Counted from the whole stretch's first letter, positions 26,746 to 40,782 are shown. The stretch is 63,983 bases of DNA, filler included, from Octopus bimaculoides (GCF_001194135.2; 5 parts of 5 records of this genome joined end to end with filler, not necessarily neighbours in it); one strand, 5' to 3'. The notes: generated by a model not told the origin, from the letters alone. Numbers and translations are program-made.

Positions 26746-29700
26746 AAGCTTGTTTGCTTATTCACAACCCTTATGATATGCATCGAATGAAAATCGGAAA
26801 TGCCATTAAAATTGCTTATGGTTAACTGAATTGTACACCAGGATATATTTTGCGGATAGTGTTCTGTCAATCATATTTCCTTGGTATTAAATAAGCATAT
26901 AAATCTCGAATTCTTACCTGGAACGTGTGACCGTATCCTGAAGGTATGCAACAGAAAGACTCTCTTTACGAAATTCCTTCCAGCTGCTACATTATCCTAA
27001 AGTGACAATCACGCAGAAGACATAAATGCAGTTATTGGAAATATTTTTACATTTATCAGTACCGCTATTATATTTACGACATATGACAATTTTTTATGAG
27101 GAGTTACATTGCTAAAATATTTATAATTTTAGGTAAAAAGAAAATATTTCCAGTAAATGATGTCCTCTTCAAGAGAAAAAAGCATTGCTTTAATAGAATT
27201 ATGTCTCTACTTTATAGTTTTTATTGAAGTTCCAAAATGAATTTTACCGAGGCTAAATTCTATTGGTGAGGCTGGTTTTCAGCCAGACGTTCTCTCTGTT
27301 TGCTGCAACATAGGTGCGATCGATTTGGAAAATTATCTTTCTGGAATCGCTGAAATACCTACATACTAGTCAAGTATTTGAGTCGATAAAATTTCCCCCT
27401 CTTAAACGAGTAAATCTCTCACCACGTAAAAAAAAATAATAAAGCAAACATGAGCCAACTACGTATATATTTCTTTTGTCCAATTTAATAATAAATTAGT
27501 TAGCCTTCTATTTTATTGTATTCTACTCTTTTGCAACCATATTTCTGTTGAAGCAAAAACATCGTTTTTGCATCAATAAATATTGAAAATAATGAAGGAT
27601 TTTATAAAATTATTTTGCCATTATTAAGCTGATGCTTAGGATATAACAGGAAATTTTGATAGAAGATTTTAACTTGGATCATTTAAGCATGAAGTTTTAT
27701 ATCATAGAAATGGTGGGGGGGGTCTTGGAAGGGTGGGTATCAAAAGGTAACTACAAATAATGATTATTATATTTTTTCTCAGTTTTTCAAATTCTATTTA
27801 TGTTTTTGTATTAATTTCTTTTTTTAAATAACAACAATTTTTAAGGATGTTCCGGAAATCGTTATTAGCTTATTTCGTAGTTCTGCGAGGATTATAGAAC
27901 GCTCTTACGCATAAAACTTTATCAAAAGCCTACTGATGCTAATGCTCGTCTCTTCATTTCGGTGGCGCAAGATACTCGTTGAATAAAGGTTTGAACTTGT
28001 AACCTGCGAGTTAGTTTTAAAGTAACTTAAGCAACACTGACATACATTAGCAAAACTTAAATTAACTATACATCTAGACACACACAGGTATTAACAAATT
28101 TGAAATAAATATTAATATATACATATTTATGTACACGTCTCTTGGTTTTCAGTGTGTATGTTTGCGCGTGCACAGGCGTGACCGTTTGTGTATGCCTGTG
28201 CATGTGTGTGATTTTCTATCTATCAAAATATGTGCTTGAGATAGTGGGTATGTGTCAATTTGTGTTCGCGCGTTCGTGTGCTTTTATGATATGAATGTGT
28301 GTTTACCTTTATTAAATTTATTGCACTGTTGGATTTTCCCGCCATCATTTTCGTGACATTATCATCTCAGCGGTTCCGCTGTTTTGTGTCTATGTGCAAC
28401 ACGTCTGCCCTCTAGCGATCTAGAGTATTTCACTCTTATATATATATATATATATATATNNNNNNNNNNNNNNNNNNNNNNNNNNNNNNNNNNNNNNNNN
28501 NNNNNNNNNNNNNNNNNNNNNNNNNNNNNNNNNNNNNNNNNNNNNNNNNNNNNNNNNNNNNNNNNNNNNNNNNNNNNNNNNNNNNNNNNNNNNNNNNNNN
28601 NNNNNNNNNNNNNNNNNNNNNNNNNNNNNNNNNNNNNNNNNNNNNNNNNNNNNNNNNNNNNNNNNNNNNNNNNNNNNNNNNNNNNNNNNNNNNNNNNNNN
28701 NNNNNNNNNNNNNNNNNNNNNNNNNNNNNNNNNNNNNNNNNNNNNNNNNNNNNNNNNNNNNNNNNNNNNNNNNNNNNNNNNNNNNNNNNNNNNNNNNNNN
28801 NNNNNNNNNNNNNNNNNNNNNNNNNNNNNNNNNNNNNNNNNNNNNNNNNNNNNNNNNNNNNNNNNNNNNNNNNNNNNNNNNNNNNNNNNNNNNNNNNNNN
28901 NNNNNNNNNNNNNNNNNNNNNNNNNNNNNNNNNNNNNNNNNNNNNNNNNNNNNNNNNNNNNNNNNNNNNNNNNNNNNNNNNNNNNNNNNNNNNNNNNNNN
29001 NNNNNNNNNNNNNNNNNNNNNNNNNNNNNNNNNNNNNNNNNNNNNNNNNNNNNNNNNNNNNNNNNNNNNNNNNNNNNNNNNNNNNNNNNNNNNNNNNNNN
29101 NNNNNNNNNNNNNNNNNNNNNATATATATATATATATACACATATATATTATTATGACTAGAAGGCAAAGTCAGGCAAGACATCTATTAGCTGATACAAA
29201 TAACAACATAACACTCTGCTCCTGGGTGTTAAATCCTCAGGAGCAGATTATGACGATGGCCAGTAGCAAATCTACAACTCCCGACATCACCACCATCCGT
29301 ACAACATGCTATTTTACCTTAAACGTAAAATCAAATCAATGGTTCTATTGAAACTTTGTACAAATGGTAAATATAAAATACGTCATCTATAAAGTCAAAC
29401 TTTAATTAATTTATTCATAATACTTGAAGAGCAGCTGAACTTTTTAATAACAATAATTGTTGAAATATTCCTGAATGAAGCGTGTTTGCGATGGCTTTGA
29501 TTTTGTGCCCGTGTTGACTAATTTATTAAGTTCCAGTTAATTCTTCTTCAATTGGAACCTGAAAAATGTCGAAGACCATTTGAGTCAATAGGAAGGTACC
29601 TAACATCGATTCTTTACATCATGCCTGCTAATAATTTTTTTCTGATTTACTTAGCAATGTCAAGATGGTAGTGAAGTCGACGACTTCGATCTTAATACTA

Positions 29701-30310
29701 GAATAGTATTTAATTTTTTAGTTCCAAAAAAGTGTTGGTAGGTTGTTCGTCACATCGAAAGTTGATGGGTGTTCGCTACATCGAACCCACATCTTTTGTG
29801 AAGTAATAGATGTACTATCGTTAGTCCAAAACGCATTCCGCAGTTTGTATGAAACGATATATTCTAACGATGAAACTCTAAATCGTTATATTACATTGCA
29901 TCAGAACATCTCACTCTATCTATAAAATAAAAATGATGATTACATATGCATATAATATTGGAGTTTTGTGCTTAAAAAATACTAAATGTTAATAAAAGTT
30001 AATGTAAACAGGAATATAAATATAATGTAAAAATTTATATATAAATATGCTTGGTGCATGTGTGTATATGCGAGAAATAAAGTGTCTGTACGTCTGTAAG
30101 TGTGCTTATATAAACGCTTTTTGAATGTGTGTTCTGTGCAACAGTAAATGTATATGTTTTTGATCGTACGTATGCATAGATAAATAAAAAAGCAAAATTC
30201 TGTGCATCTGACAATACTTTTAACCTTATTAATATATAGTTAATGCTAAATGCTTTATTTAACTGTATGTGCCACATGTGTGTGTGCGCGTGTGTGTATT
30301 CATACTCAGA

Positions 30311-30347
<37 letters not shown>

Positions 30348-30931
30348 NNNNNNNNNNNNNNNNNNNNNNNNNNNNNNNNNNNNNNNNNNNNNNNNNNNNN
30401 NNNNNNNNNNNNNNNNNNNNNNNNNNNNNNNNNNNNNNNNNNNNNNNNNNNNNNNNNNNNNNNNNNNNNNNNNNNNNNNNNNNNNNNNNNNNNNNNNNNN
30501 NNNNNNNNNNNNNNNNNNNNNNNNNNNNNNNNNNNNNNNNNNNNNNNNNNNNNNNNNNNNNNNNNNNNNNNNNNNNNNNNNNNNNNNNNNNNNNNNNNNN
30601 NNNNNNNNNNNNNNNNNNNNNNNNNNNNNNNNNNNNNNNNNNNNNNNNNNNNNNNNNNNNNNNNNNNNNNNNNNNNNNNNNNNNNNNNNNNNNNNNNNNN
30701 NNNNNNNNNNNNNNNNNNNNNNNNNNNNNNNNNNNNNNNNNNNNNNNNNNNNNNNNNNNNNNNNNNNNNNNNNNNNNNNNNNNNNNNNNNNNNNNNNNNN
30801 NNNNNNNNNNNNNNNNNNNNNNNNNNNNNNNNNNNNNNNNNNNNNNNNNNNNNNNNNNNNNNNNNNNNNNNNNNNNNNNNNNNNNNNNNNNNNNNNNNNN
30901 NNNNNNNNNNNNNNNNNNNNNNNNNNNNNNN

Positions 30932-30972
<41 letters not shown>

Positions 30973-31864
30973 CAACACATGTTTATAAATCAATATGTCC
31001 AGGTTATTATGCTTTACATATATATGTGCGTATCTGTCTATCTATCGATCAGTCAATGTCTATTAAAGTATTAAAGGTGAATTGCGAATAGCTTCATCGA
31101 TTTCCAGCAACGTCTTATTATATGTTGATTGATACGATATGCTTTCGATTTTATCATTTCCTTCAGCAAGCCTTCACAAGGTTCAAGTGGAAAAGAATTT
31201 AGTCTATCTGTATCTCATTATCTGCCGTGTCCTTGTAAATCTCTTTTAATATTCTCTCCCCCCTCTACATTTGAATTTTCTTTTATTCAGAGCTTTCATT
31301 GTTTTACTTGTATTTTCCTTTGAATTACTACTCTTCCGCCATCTTGTTCGTATTCACTCTAGAACCACCTCGTTGTTACTACTATCGCAATTACCCTTTT
31401 GTTGACGGTGAAGATGTGATTTTATTCATCCTGCTATAATAATCTCTAGTTTTTAATTTGTTTTCTTGTTGTTTTTGTTGGAATGGTGCTTCTGGTTGTG
31501 GTAGATATTATTTTTGTAATTGTTGATTTGGTTGTAGTTAATCTATATTTTTACCCACTGTTTATTTCAGAAAAAAATAACTTTTACTCAATTCCACAAT
31601 CATATTATACACATCAACACGATTGGATGTACACATACGCATGCAGTCCTATATATGTCCATACATATATACACACACAAATGCTCACATCAATATACAA
31701 GAGTGTATTTTTTCAACGTCTATGTATAATATTTATATATATATACAAACACACAAATACACACATTTTATAAATATATATATGTGTGTGTGTATGTGTG
31801 TGTGTGTGTGTGTGTGTATACATATACATGTATATATATATATATATATANNNNNNNNNNATAT

Positions 31865-31903
<39 letters not shown>

Positions 31904-31906
31904 AAG

Positions 31907-31963
<57 letters not shown>

Positions 31964-32932
31964 TACATACATATATATGCATATTACATATATACGTTTA
32001 TAGATGCGTGGAAATGTATATATATATGTATATGTATATATATAGATGCATTCATATTTTTATTATATACAATTCCTAACTATATATTTCTTCATATTCA
32101 TATATGTCGATATATGTATGAATGTATATAGTTGTGTGTCTATATAAATACATCTATGAGTATATATATGTGTGTGTGTGTATGTGTGTGTTTGTGTGTA
32201 TATATATATACATATGTGTGTGTATATATGTATATGTATCTATGTAGCTATCTATCNNNNNNNNNNNNNNNNNNNNNNNNNNNNNNNNNNNNNNNNNNNN
32301 NNNNNNNNNNNNNNNNNNNNNNNNNNNNNNNNNNNNNNNNNNNNNNNNNNNNNNNNNNNNNNNNNNNNNNNNNNNNNNNNNNNNNNNNNNNNNNNNNNNN
32401 NNNNNNNNNNNNNNNNNNNNNNNNNNNNNNNNNNNNNNNNNNNNNNNNNNNNNNNNNNNNNNNNNNNNNNNNNNNNNNNNNNNNNNNNNNNNNNNNNNNN
32501 NNNNNNNNNNNNNNNNNNNNNNNNNNNNNNNNNNNNNNNNNNNNNNNNNNNNNNNNNNNNNNNNNNNNNNNNNNNNNNNNNNNNNNNNNNNNNNNNNNNN
32601 NNNNNNNNNNNNNNNNNNNNNNNNNNNNNNNNNNNNNNNNNNNNNNNNNNNNNNNNNNNNNNNNNNNNNNNNNNNNNNNNNNNNNNNNNNNNNNNNNNNN
32701 NNNNNNNNNNNNNNNNNNNNNNNNNNNNNNNNNNNNNNNNNNNNNNNNNNNNNNNNNNNNNNNNNNNNNNNNNNNNNNNNNNNNNNNNNNNNNNNNNNNN
32801 NNNNNNNNNNNNNNNNNNNNNNNNNNNNNNNNNNNNNNNNNNNNNNNNNNNNNNNNNNNNNNNNNNNNNNNNNNNNNNNNNNNNNNNNNNNNNNNNNNNN
32901 NNNNNNNNNNNNNNNNNNNNNNNNNNNNNNNN

Positions 32933-32963
<31 letters not shown>

Positions 32964-33409
32964 ATATATATATATATGTGTGTGTGTCTGTGTGTGTGTA
33001 TATATATACATATACATATATATATACATATGCATACACACACACAAGCACACAAACGCACAAACGCACTAACAAATGCGCAAACACACATACATATGTA
33101 TATATATAGAGAGATAGATAGATAGATAGATACATACATACATACATACATACATACATACATGCATGCATCCATACATACATACATACATGCATACATA
33201 CATACATAGACAGATAGACAGAATAAGGTTTGTTTTTATGTGAAGATATATGAGAGAAGAATTTAAAATCAATCTGAAGGATTGCCGAGTTTAATACATA
33301 TAAGTCTTGACATCGACTTCGAAAAATAGGGCTGTTTGTCTCCTTCAAAATGATGATGTTCTGCCGGGTAAATTCACTACACAAATCTTTCCTCAGTTTA
33401 CTAAATATA

Positions 33410-33433
33410 CAGGGTGTTCCGGCTGAATTTACC

Positions 33434-33486
<53 letters not shown>

Positions 33487-34341
33487 CATGTCAGGAAGAG
33501 CTCGGTGTAATGGTGAACTGTCTACTGAGTTGGAGTGCAGAAAGCTGTAGCTCAGAAAACGTTAGCTGACATGGCGGTCTGGAAGCCACCTGGATATTAG
33601 AAAGGTATCATTTGTACCATGATGATTTGAACCGAGTATCAAAATGCCGACACTATCACTGCTGCTCAGTGCTATAAAAACAGTGTAAAGTGTGTAAGAT
33701 TTTAAAATGAAAGTCATAAAAACCAAGTTTCCCCAAACTGTGGTGGTGCTTGGGAATGTCTCCAGTCAGCGTAACGTCATACCACCTCACATCGTTGAAC
33801 AGGTCCTTAAGCCCAATTCAGACGGCTATATGAAGCAACTGGAGACTATCGTCAAACGCTGGCTGGAGATTGCTGCTGCAAGAAGGCTTTTTGTGTTGCA
33901 GCAGGATTCGACTCCTTGCCATGTCTCCCAAAATCTTCAGATGTGGATGTCGAAGAACATACACAGCTTCACCAGCGCCAATTTCTGGCACAGAAATTAC
34001 CCCCAGGAGTTGACCCGTGGATAACTATGCGTCAGGCACGGTAGAGAAAGACATCAGACGCTCTATATGCAACACCAAGGCCGAGCTGGTGGCCAACATC
34101 AGTGAAATGTTCAAAGACATTCTCAGTGATACAGTGAGGAAGGTATGCGTTTGGTACCCGAACTGTCTTAATACCATGGTGGAAGCTGAGTGTGGCTACT
34201 TCGAGTGAACTGTTATCGCCCAGCCATAATCTAGTTGATTTTTTTTGTTTGTTTGTTTTATAAAGCACTTTTATTTTTGGACGGGATATTCTTTTTTTCC
34301 TTTTTATGCAAATTGTCAAACTTTTGCCCGAACATCGCATC
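33410..34341 (+). mobile_element. Tc1/mariner element of maT (DD37D-like) type, internally deleted and frameshifted
   Basis: TA|CAGGGTGTTCCGG left end and a degenerate right end before TA. Peptides KTKFPQTVVVLGNVSS...LFVLQQDSTPCH...FW...VDNY...MVEAECGYFE*. Confidence 0.8.
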
Positions 34342-34424
34342 TATATGTGTGTGTATGTGTGCTTGTGTACGTGTGTACATGTGTGTGAGTGTATGCATAT
34401 ATATAATCATATGTAAGAATATGT

Positions 34425-34590
34425 AAGTGGCTTTATGGTAAGAAGCTTGTTTTGCAATTACCCGGTTCCAGGTTCAGTCCCACTGTGCGGCACCTTGGGA
34501 AAATGTCTTCTAGTATAACCTCGGCCCGACCAAAGCATTTGAGGGGATTTGTTAGACAGAAACTGAAAGAAGTCTGTCGTATGTGTGTGT

Positions 34591-34664
<74 letters not shown>

Positions 34665-34900
34665 TTCTGTGTCTGTGTGTCTGTGTGTGGGTGGGTGTCT
34701 GTTTATATCCCCACCATTGCTTGACAACCGATGCTGGTGTGTTTAGGTCCCTGTAATATAATAATTCAGCAAAAGAGACCGATAGAATAAGTACTAGACT
34801 TACAAAGAATAAGTCTTGGGGTCGATTTCTTCGACCATGACCATTTAAGGCAGTGCTCCAGTATGGCCACGGTTGAATGAATGAACCCAGTAAAAGGATA
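34425..34900 (+). mobile_element. SINE family B, complete composite copy with central (GT)n
   Basis: Head to 34580, (GT)n 34580-34700, then tail gcttgacaaccgatgctggtg...aaagaataagtcttggggtcgattt...gtatggccac. Confidence 0.85.
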
Positions 34901-35318
34901 AGAGAATAAATTGTGTGTATATATAAACAGAGGTATTTATGCATCCATCTCTCTCATTTCTATATTTTGTTTATGTTAAATTACCTCTAAATAATTTTGA
35001 ATGTGATTATTTATTCTTAATACCAAAATAAAAGAACTGCCGGGCTTGATGATCTTCGAACAACAGATTCAGTGTTTGTTAATGATGTAACGTAATGACA
35101 CAAGTATAAATGTCTCATATTCCAAGGATTTATTTCTCAGCGTACATATTTTCGATTAGGAGAATTTCTCTTCCAGGACTCCTGCCGAAGTGAACGTCTT
35201 TTCACATTTACGTGCAGACAAATGTGTATAAATGTGCACAACTTTATTTCAACCATCGCCTCTTTGAGTGATTCTTAATACAAACACGTGCACGCATACA
35301 CACATTCGCACACGCATA

Positions 35319-35353
<35 letters not shown>

Positions 35354-35711
35354 NNNNNNNNNNNNNNNNNNNNNNNNNNNNNNNNNNNNNNNNNNNNNNN
35401 NNNNNNNNNNNNNNNNNNNNNNNNNNNNNNNNNNNNNNNNNNNNNNNNNNNNNNNNNNNNNNNNNNNNNNNNNNNNNNNNNNNNNNNNNNNNNNNNNNNN
35501 NNNNNNNNNNNNNNNNNNNNNNNNNNNNNNNNNNNNNNNNNNNNNNNNNNNNNNNNNNNNNNNNNNNNNNNNNNNNNNNNNNNNNNNNNNNNNNNNNNNN
35601 NNNNNNNNNNNNNNNNNNNNNNNNNNNNNNNNNNNNNNNNNNNNNNNNNNNNNNNNNNNNNNNNNNNNNNNNNNNNNNNNNNNNNNNNNNNNNNNNNNNN
35701 NNNNNNNNNNA

Positions 35712-35885
35712 TATTTAGGGGGATAATTCACAGGAAAAAAAACAAAAGACGAAGACAGGTGGTATAGACAACAAACAGATGTATTAGTATAACGCTCGGG
35801 AAGTGAAAAAGTCTTTAACGTTTCAAGCCTACGCTCTTCCACAGAAAGAAACAAGGAGAGAGAAAAAATGTGTAGTGACTAGCGA
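35712..35885 (-). repeat. Dispersed repeat with a hammerhead-like motif (probable PLE terminal repeat), copy 1
   Basis: Near-identical to 40783-40985. The minus strand reads TCTTT-CTGTGGA-AGAGCGTAGGCTT-GAA-ACGT-T-AAAGA at 35812-35849. Confidence 0.7.
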
Positions 35886-36549
35886 GAACACAAGCGGAAA
35901 CGAAAAGTATCGCTGAAGAGGACACAAATGTGTGACGAAATATTTCCGAGCAATGGACAGGTGTAAAAATAATAAAATAACAGTAATATACAAGTGAAGT
36001 ATATATGTAGTTCGTGTGTTTATTTGGCAAACAAAAATAGAAAATAACTAATGAATAACATGACCATCTCTTAGTATAACAATATCTGTTTAAAAACACA
36101 ATTTCACATCAGCAATTTTGCAGAAGGATTATGTTAAAGGATGTTAGTCGAAAGAACCGACACGAGTACTTATTTATTAAAAGATTGGTACGTATTCGAT
36201 CAATCTCAATAGCCAAACGGCTAAGTTACAGAGATGTGAACAAATTAACATCTGTTGTCAACTGTAGGATGGGAACCAACACAAATATAAGGACACAACA
36301 TTTGATCAACGTGCAAAGCAATGGAACTGGAACACAAACCATTGTGTTGGGAAGCAAATATCCAGTTTCTATGAGTATGTAATTAAACTAGAAAAGATTG
36401 TCAAACTTCTGAAAAGCAGATATGTCTTTTTACTACTTCGTGGAAAACTTAAGACATGTGAGAGTATATTCATATATATATATACATATACATATGTATA
36501 CATACACACACACACACATACACACACACACACAGACATATATATATAT

Positions 36550-36690
36550 ATAGGCGCAGAAGTAGCTGTGTGGTAAGGACGTTGCTTTCCAACCACATGG
36601 TTCCGGGTTCAGTTCCATTACGTGGCACCTTGGCGTCGGGCTGACCAAAGCCTTATGGATTCGGTAGAGGGAAACTGAAAGAAGCACATC

Positions 36691-36693
<3 letters not shown>
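36550..36693 (+). mobile_element. SINE family B head
   Basis: ataggcgcagaagtagctgtgtggtaag...ttccaaccacatggttccgggttcagtt...gaaactgaaagaagc. Confidence 0.88.
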
Positions 36694-36736
<43 letters not shown>

Positions 36737-37094
36737 NNNNNNNNNNNNNNNNNNNNNNNNNNNNNNNNNNNNNNNNNNNNTTAATTAATTAANNNNNNNN
36801 NNNNNNNNNNNNNNNNNNNNNNNNNNNNNNNNNNNNATATTGCCACTTAAGTGTGGCTATACTACACTTTATCGTGCAGTTACTGTTAATACTTCATTTA
36901 GAGAATTAACATTGCTTATTTATATATACATACATACATATATATATATATATATCTTTTACAAGCATATTGTTGACATGGCTTACCTGACCGAAACTTG
37001 AGAGTCACTCAAGAATATTCTTGTACAAGAATAATAAATTTGTACTCTATACAGAGCAACCTATCAGATCAATGTGAAATTGTTTTTATTCTAA

Positions 37095-37115
37095 TCTATA
37101 TATATAAAACTCAGA

Positions 37116-37154
<39 letters not shown>

Positions 37155-37520
37155 TGTCTGTCTGTCTGTCTGTCTCTATGTGTGCATCACTAAAACTGGA
37201 GAACTACCCAACCGGTTTCGTTCAAATTTTGCATACGCATTACTTAGGGTCCATGGAATGTCATAGACCTAAAAAGTTTTCAACTTCTTGCCTAATGCGG
37301 GCCTGTGGCAATCTCTTAGACTGGTTCAGTATTATGTGTCAAAAGTGAAACAATAACATCGATAATGTAATGTGATATAATAGTTTCAGTTTCAATCTTT
37401 CACTTTTAATATTGTTTCACTTTTACTTCTAAATATTGTTTCACATTTATTCTTTCATTTTTAATATTGTTTCACTTTTAATTCTAATTTTAATATTGTT
37501 TCACTTTTAATTCTAATTTA
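37095..37520 (+). mobile_element. Probable non-autonomous Helitron-like element with a 5' microsatellite and an approximately 30-bp minisatellite
   Basis: A|TCTATATATATAAAA start followed by (GT)n(GTCT)n. Tandem taatattgtttcacttttaattctaatt units at 37401-37520. No 3' CTRR/hairpin seen. Confidence 0.5.
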
Positions 37521-37677
37521 ATGATATATATATATAATTCTTTGTCTCTCTGTCTGTCGGTACTCACAACAGCAACAAGGTAGGTACGTGATCACCTTTT
37601 CTTTACTAAACCTGATGCAGTTTTATGTATATGTATGTGTGTGTGTGTGTGTGTGTGTGTGAGTAAGTGTATGCATG

Positions 37678-37708
<31 letters not shown>

Positions 37709-37713
37709 TGAGA

Positions 37714-38038
37714 GTGAAGGCGCATGGCTTAGTGGTTAGGATATTTGGCTCACGATCGTAAGGTCGTGAGTTCAATTCCCTGCGAAGCGTTGTGTCCTTG
37801 AGCAAGACACTTTATTTCACGTTGTTCCAGTCCACTCATCTGGCAAAAATGAGTTGTACCTGTATTTCAAAGGGGCCAGCCTTGTCACACTCTGTGTCAC
37901 GCTGAATCTCCCTGAGAACTACGTTAAGGGTACATGTGTCTGTGGAATACTCAGCCACTTGCACGTTCATTTAACTAACAGGCCATTCCATTGATCGGAT
38001 CAACTGGAACCCTCGTCGTCGTAACCGACGGAGTGCCA
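37714..38038 (+). mobile_element. SINE family A, best-preserved copy
   Basis: A box TGGCTTAGTGG, B box GAGTTCAATTCC, core ttgtgtccttgagcaagacactttatttcac (resembles V/Deu/Meta-type SINE cores), LINE-like tail cgtcgtcgtaaccgacggagtgcca. Confidence 0.9.
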
Positions 38039-38619
38039 GTTTCTATATATACGTACATACATATATATATATACGCATATGCGGGATAGATGGATATTCG
38101 TTTTTGTTTATAAACGAATGAACAAGTATTTAATACATGTTGGAGTATTTATATTAGGAGACAGACAGCTAATAGTTCAGACCGTTGCCACTCAGAGTCT
38201 CTGATCGTTTGCGGTCGTCAAGACAAGTGTCGAGTTGAATGTGTAATGCTGCTAAGATATCAATTGAGTTGATTCTCATTGGTCGGGAAACGGGTACGAT
38301 GTTACACTGTACCCTGACCGGTGTTGTTATTACAAGTAAGTTGCTTTCGGCGAATTTCTCCTACTCTGTGACGAAAAGCACGAGAATTATTCGACAAATT
38401 GAATGATAGGACTGGTCGATTTTGAAAATTTTAAGCGGTAGATGAGTGTGAAAATTATGAAAATTTTGATGATATTTCGAAAGATGAACAGAATGGCAGA
38501 GGGGTAAGGTCTCTGTGGAAGCAAAAGATAATATACCGAGTAATTCTATTCAGTGATATCGGTTGCAGTTTCGGAGTCTAAAATATTTCAGTTAAACACA
38601 ACTTGCAATTTCTTGCCCC

Positions 38620-38990
38620 GCTATTGAAAGGATTTATTGTGTCCACGAAGTTCCCTGTTATAAAAGATACATTCTATTCTGCTATCCCTTAACTTCCAAA
38701 TGAATTGTGATAAAGAAGTAGAATTCTCTTTTCCCCTCAATCTGAATAAGTGTATATGATGGTCGAATCTGCTCTTTAAGTTACTTACGATGAAACTTAG
38801 CACAATTCTCAATATATTATGCATATGTTATACTCATTCCCTATATCATCACCTAAAAGTAATGATATAGAGAATACAATCAAGGTTCTGTGGTGAAGGC
38901 AGGCTGGAATTGCAGCAGATGATCTCATACTACAATTTAAGACACACAAAACCACAGCCATGAGTGGTAGTTGTTTGTTATCAAGGTACT
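38620..38990 (-). mobile_element. Degraded Penelope-like GIY-YIG endonuclease region
   Basis: LKSRFDHHIHLFRLRGKENSTSLSQFIWKLRD resembles the PLE FKxRxxxHxxSF...ENSTxLSxYIWxLK motif. Confidence 0.7.
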
Positions 38991-39509
38991 TAGTTATAGT
39001 AATCAACGTAATTAGTTGTATGCGTATGACGCGAAAGGAATGAATGACGAGACGGAGAAAGATGGAAGTAGTGATTGTTGATGGTTAATTACGATTATCA
39101 ATTTATGATGGTCGTGGTCTTGATTGTAGTGGTGGTGATATGAAGATAATGGTGGGATTGTATTTTGATGGTAGTAGTGGTGCCGACTGGGCTAACTGGT
39201 GATGTGAATGAATGTAAGTGGTTTTAGTAGTAGCAATGACGGTGATGGTAGTAGTATCGCCGGTGGCGGGTAGGTTTATAAAGTGTGTCAATGACTCCAG
39301 AATCTATGTCCACCCTCTCTGAACTGAAAGCAAATCAAATGAACTCAAATCAAATGAAACATGAATTAATTAATGTTTCTAAAATTAATCTACTCAGATT
39401 ACGTGAATATATTAATTAATTCTATTTAAAGACAGAAAGGCAAGCAAACAAATGAATAAGTTTATAAGATAATAAAGAAATAAAAAAAACAACCACTCGA
39501 CTGAAATCA

Positions 39510-39875
39510 AAGTAAAATATTGGTTTCAAATTTTGGCAGAAGGCCAGCAACTTTGGGAGAGGGGTAAGTCGATTACATCGATCACAATCCTCAACTGGTA
39601 CTTATTCCCGAGAGGATGAAAGGCTAAGTCAACCTCAGTGGGATTTGAACTCGGAACGTCTAGACAATTCTGCCAACTTGCCACTACTGCTACTACTACT
39701 ACAACAACAACAAATAATGATGATAATTATGATGATGATGATGATAATCCTTTCTACTCAAGGCGCAAGGTCTGAAATTTGCGGAGAGGGCACTTGTCGA
39801 TTTCATCGACTCCAGTGTTTCACTGGTACTTAATTTCTCGACCCCGAAAGGATGAAAGACAAAGTCGATCTCGAC
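39510..39875 (-). mobile_element. Two partial SINE family C copies (39510-39672 and 39745-39875)
   Basis: Reverse complements contain gagttcaaatccc...ctttcatcct...aagtaccagt...gtcgat. Confidence 0.75.
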
Positions 39876-40019
39876 AATAAAAATAATTTCTTCTTACACA
39901 CACACACACACACACATGGGAGTTATAATATCGTTTTGGGCTGGACAAGGCAAAGTTGCTTTTAAGTGGGCCAAGTTAAGGATATATCAGAATAGGGTAT
40001 AAGTTTTATATTTATATAT

Positions 40020-40103
<84 letters not shown>

Positions 40104-40782
40104 ACAGACAGACAGAGACAGACAGACAGAGACAGACANNNNNNNNNNNNNNNNNNNNNNNNNNNNNNNNNNNNNNNNNNNNNNNNNNNNNNNNNNNNNN
40201 NNNNNNNNNNNNNNNNNNNNNNNNNNNNNNNNNNNNNNNNNNNNNNNNNNNNNNNNNNNNNNNNNNNNNNNNNNNNNNNNNNNNNNNNNNNNNNNNNNNN
40301 NNNNNNNNNNNNNNNNNNNNNNNNNNNNNNNNNNNNNNNNNNNNNNNNNNNNNNNNNNNNNNNNNNNNNNNNNNNNNNNNNNNNNNNNNNNNNNNNNNNN
40401 NNNNNNNNNNNNNNNNNNNNNNNNNNNNNNNNNNNNNNNNNNNNNNNNNNNNNNNNNNNNNNNNNNNNNNNNNNNNNNNNNNNNNNNNNNNNNNNNNNNN
40501 NNNNNNNNNNNNNNNNNNNNNNNNNNNNNNNNNNNNNNNNNNNNNNNNNNNNNNNNNNNNNNNNNNNNNNNNNNNNNNNNNNNNNNNNNNNNNNNNNNNN
40601 NNNNNNNNNNNNNNNNNNNNNNNNNNNNNNNNNNNNNNNNNNNNNNNNNNNNNNNNNNNNNNNNNNNNNNNNNNNNNNNNNNNNNNNNNNNNNNNNNNNN
40701 NNNNNNNNNNNNNNNNNNNNNNNNNNNNNNNNNNNNNNNNNNNNNNNNNNNNNNNNNNNNNNNNNNNNNNNNNATATATATA

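Noticed and set aside
26918-26937. GYGH read as a potassium-channel pore motif
   Set aside because: The following residues (TFQ) do not fit channel consensus, and no upstream TxTTI-type exon was found.
29380-29720. Possible Helitron/PIF1 helicase remnant on the minus strand
   Set aside because: Similarity is too faint to support without an HMM search.
37714-37790. tRNA-like sequence with A and B boxes
   Set aside because: No clean cloverleaf, and it continues into a SINE core and tail. It is a SINE head present in several copies.
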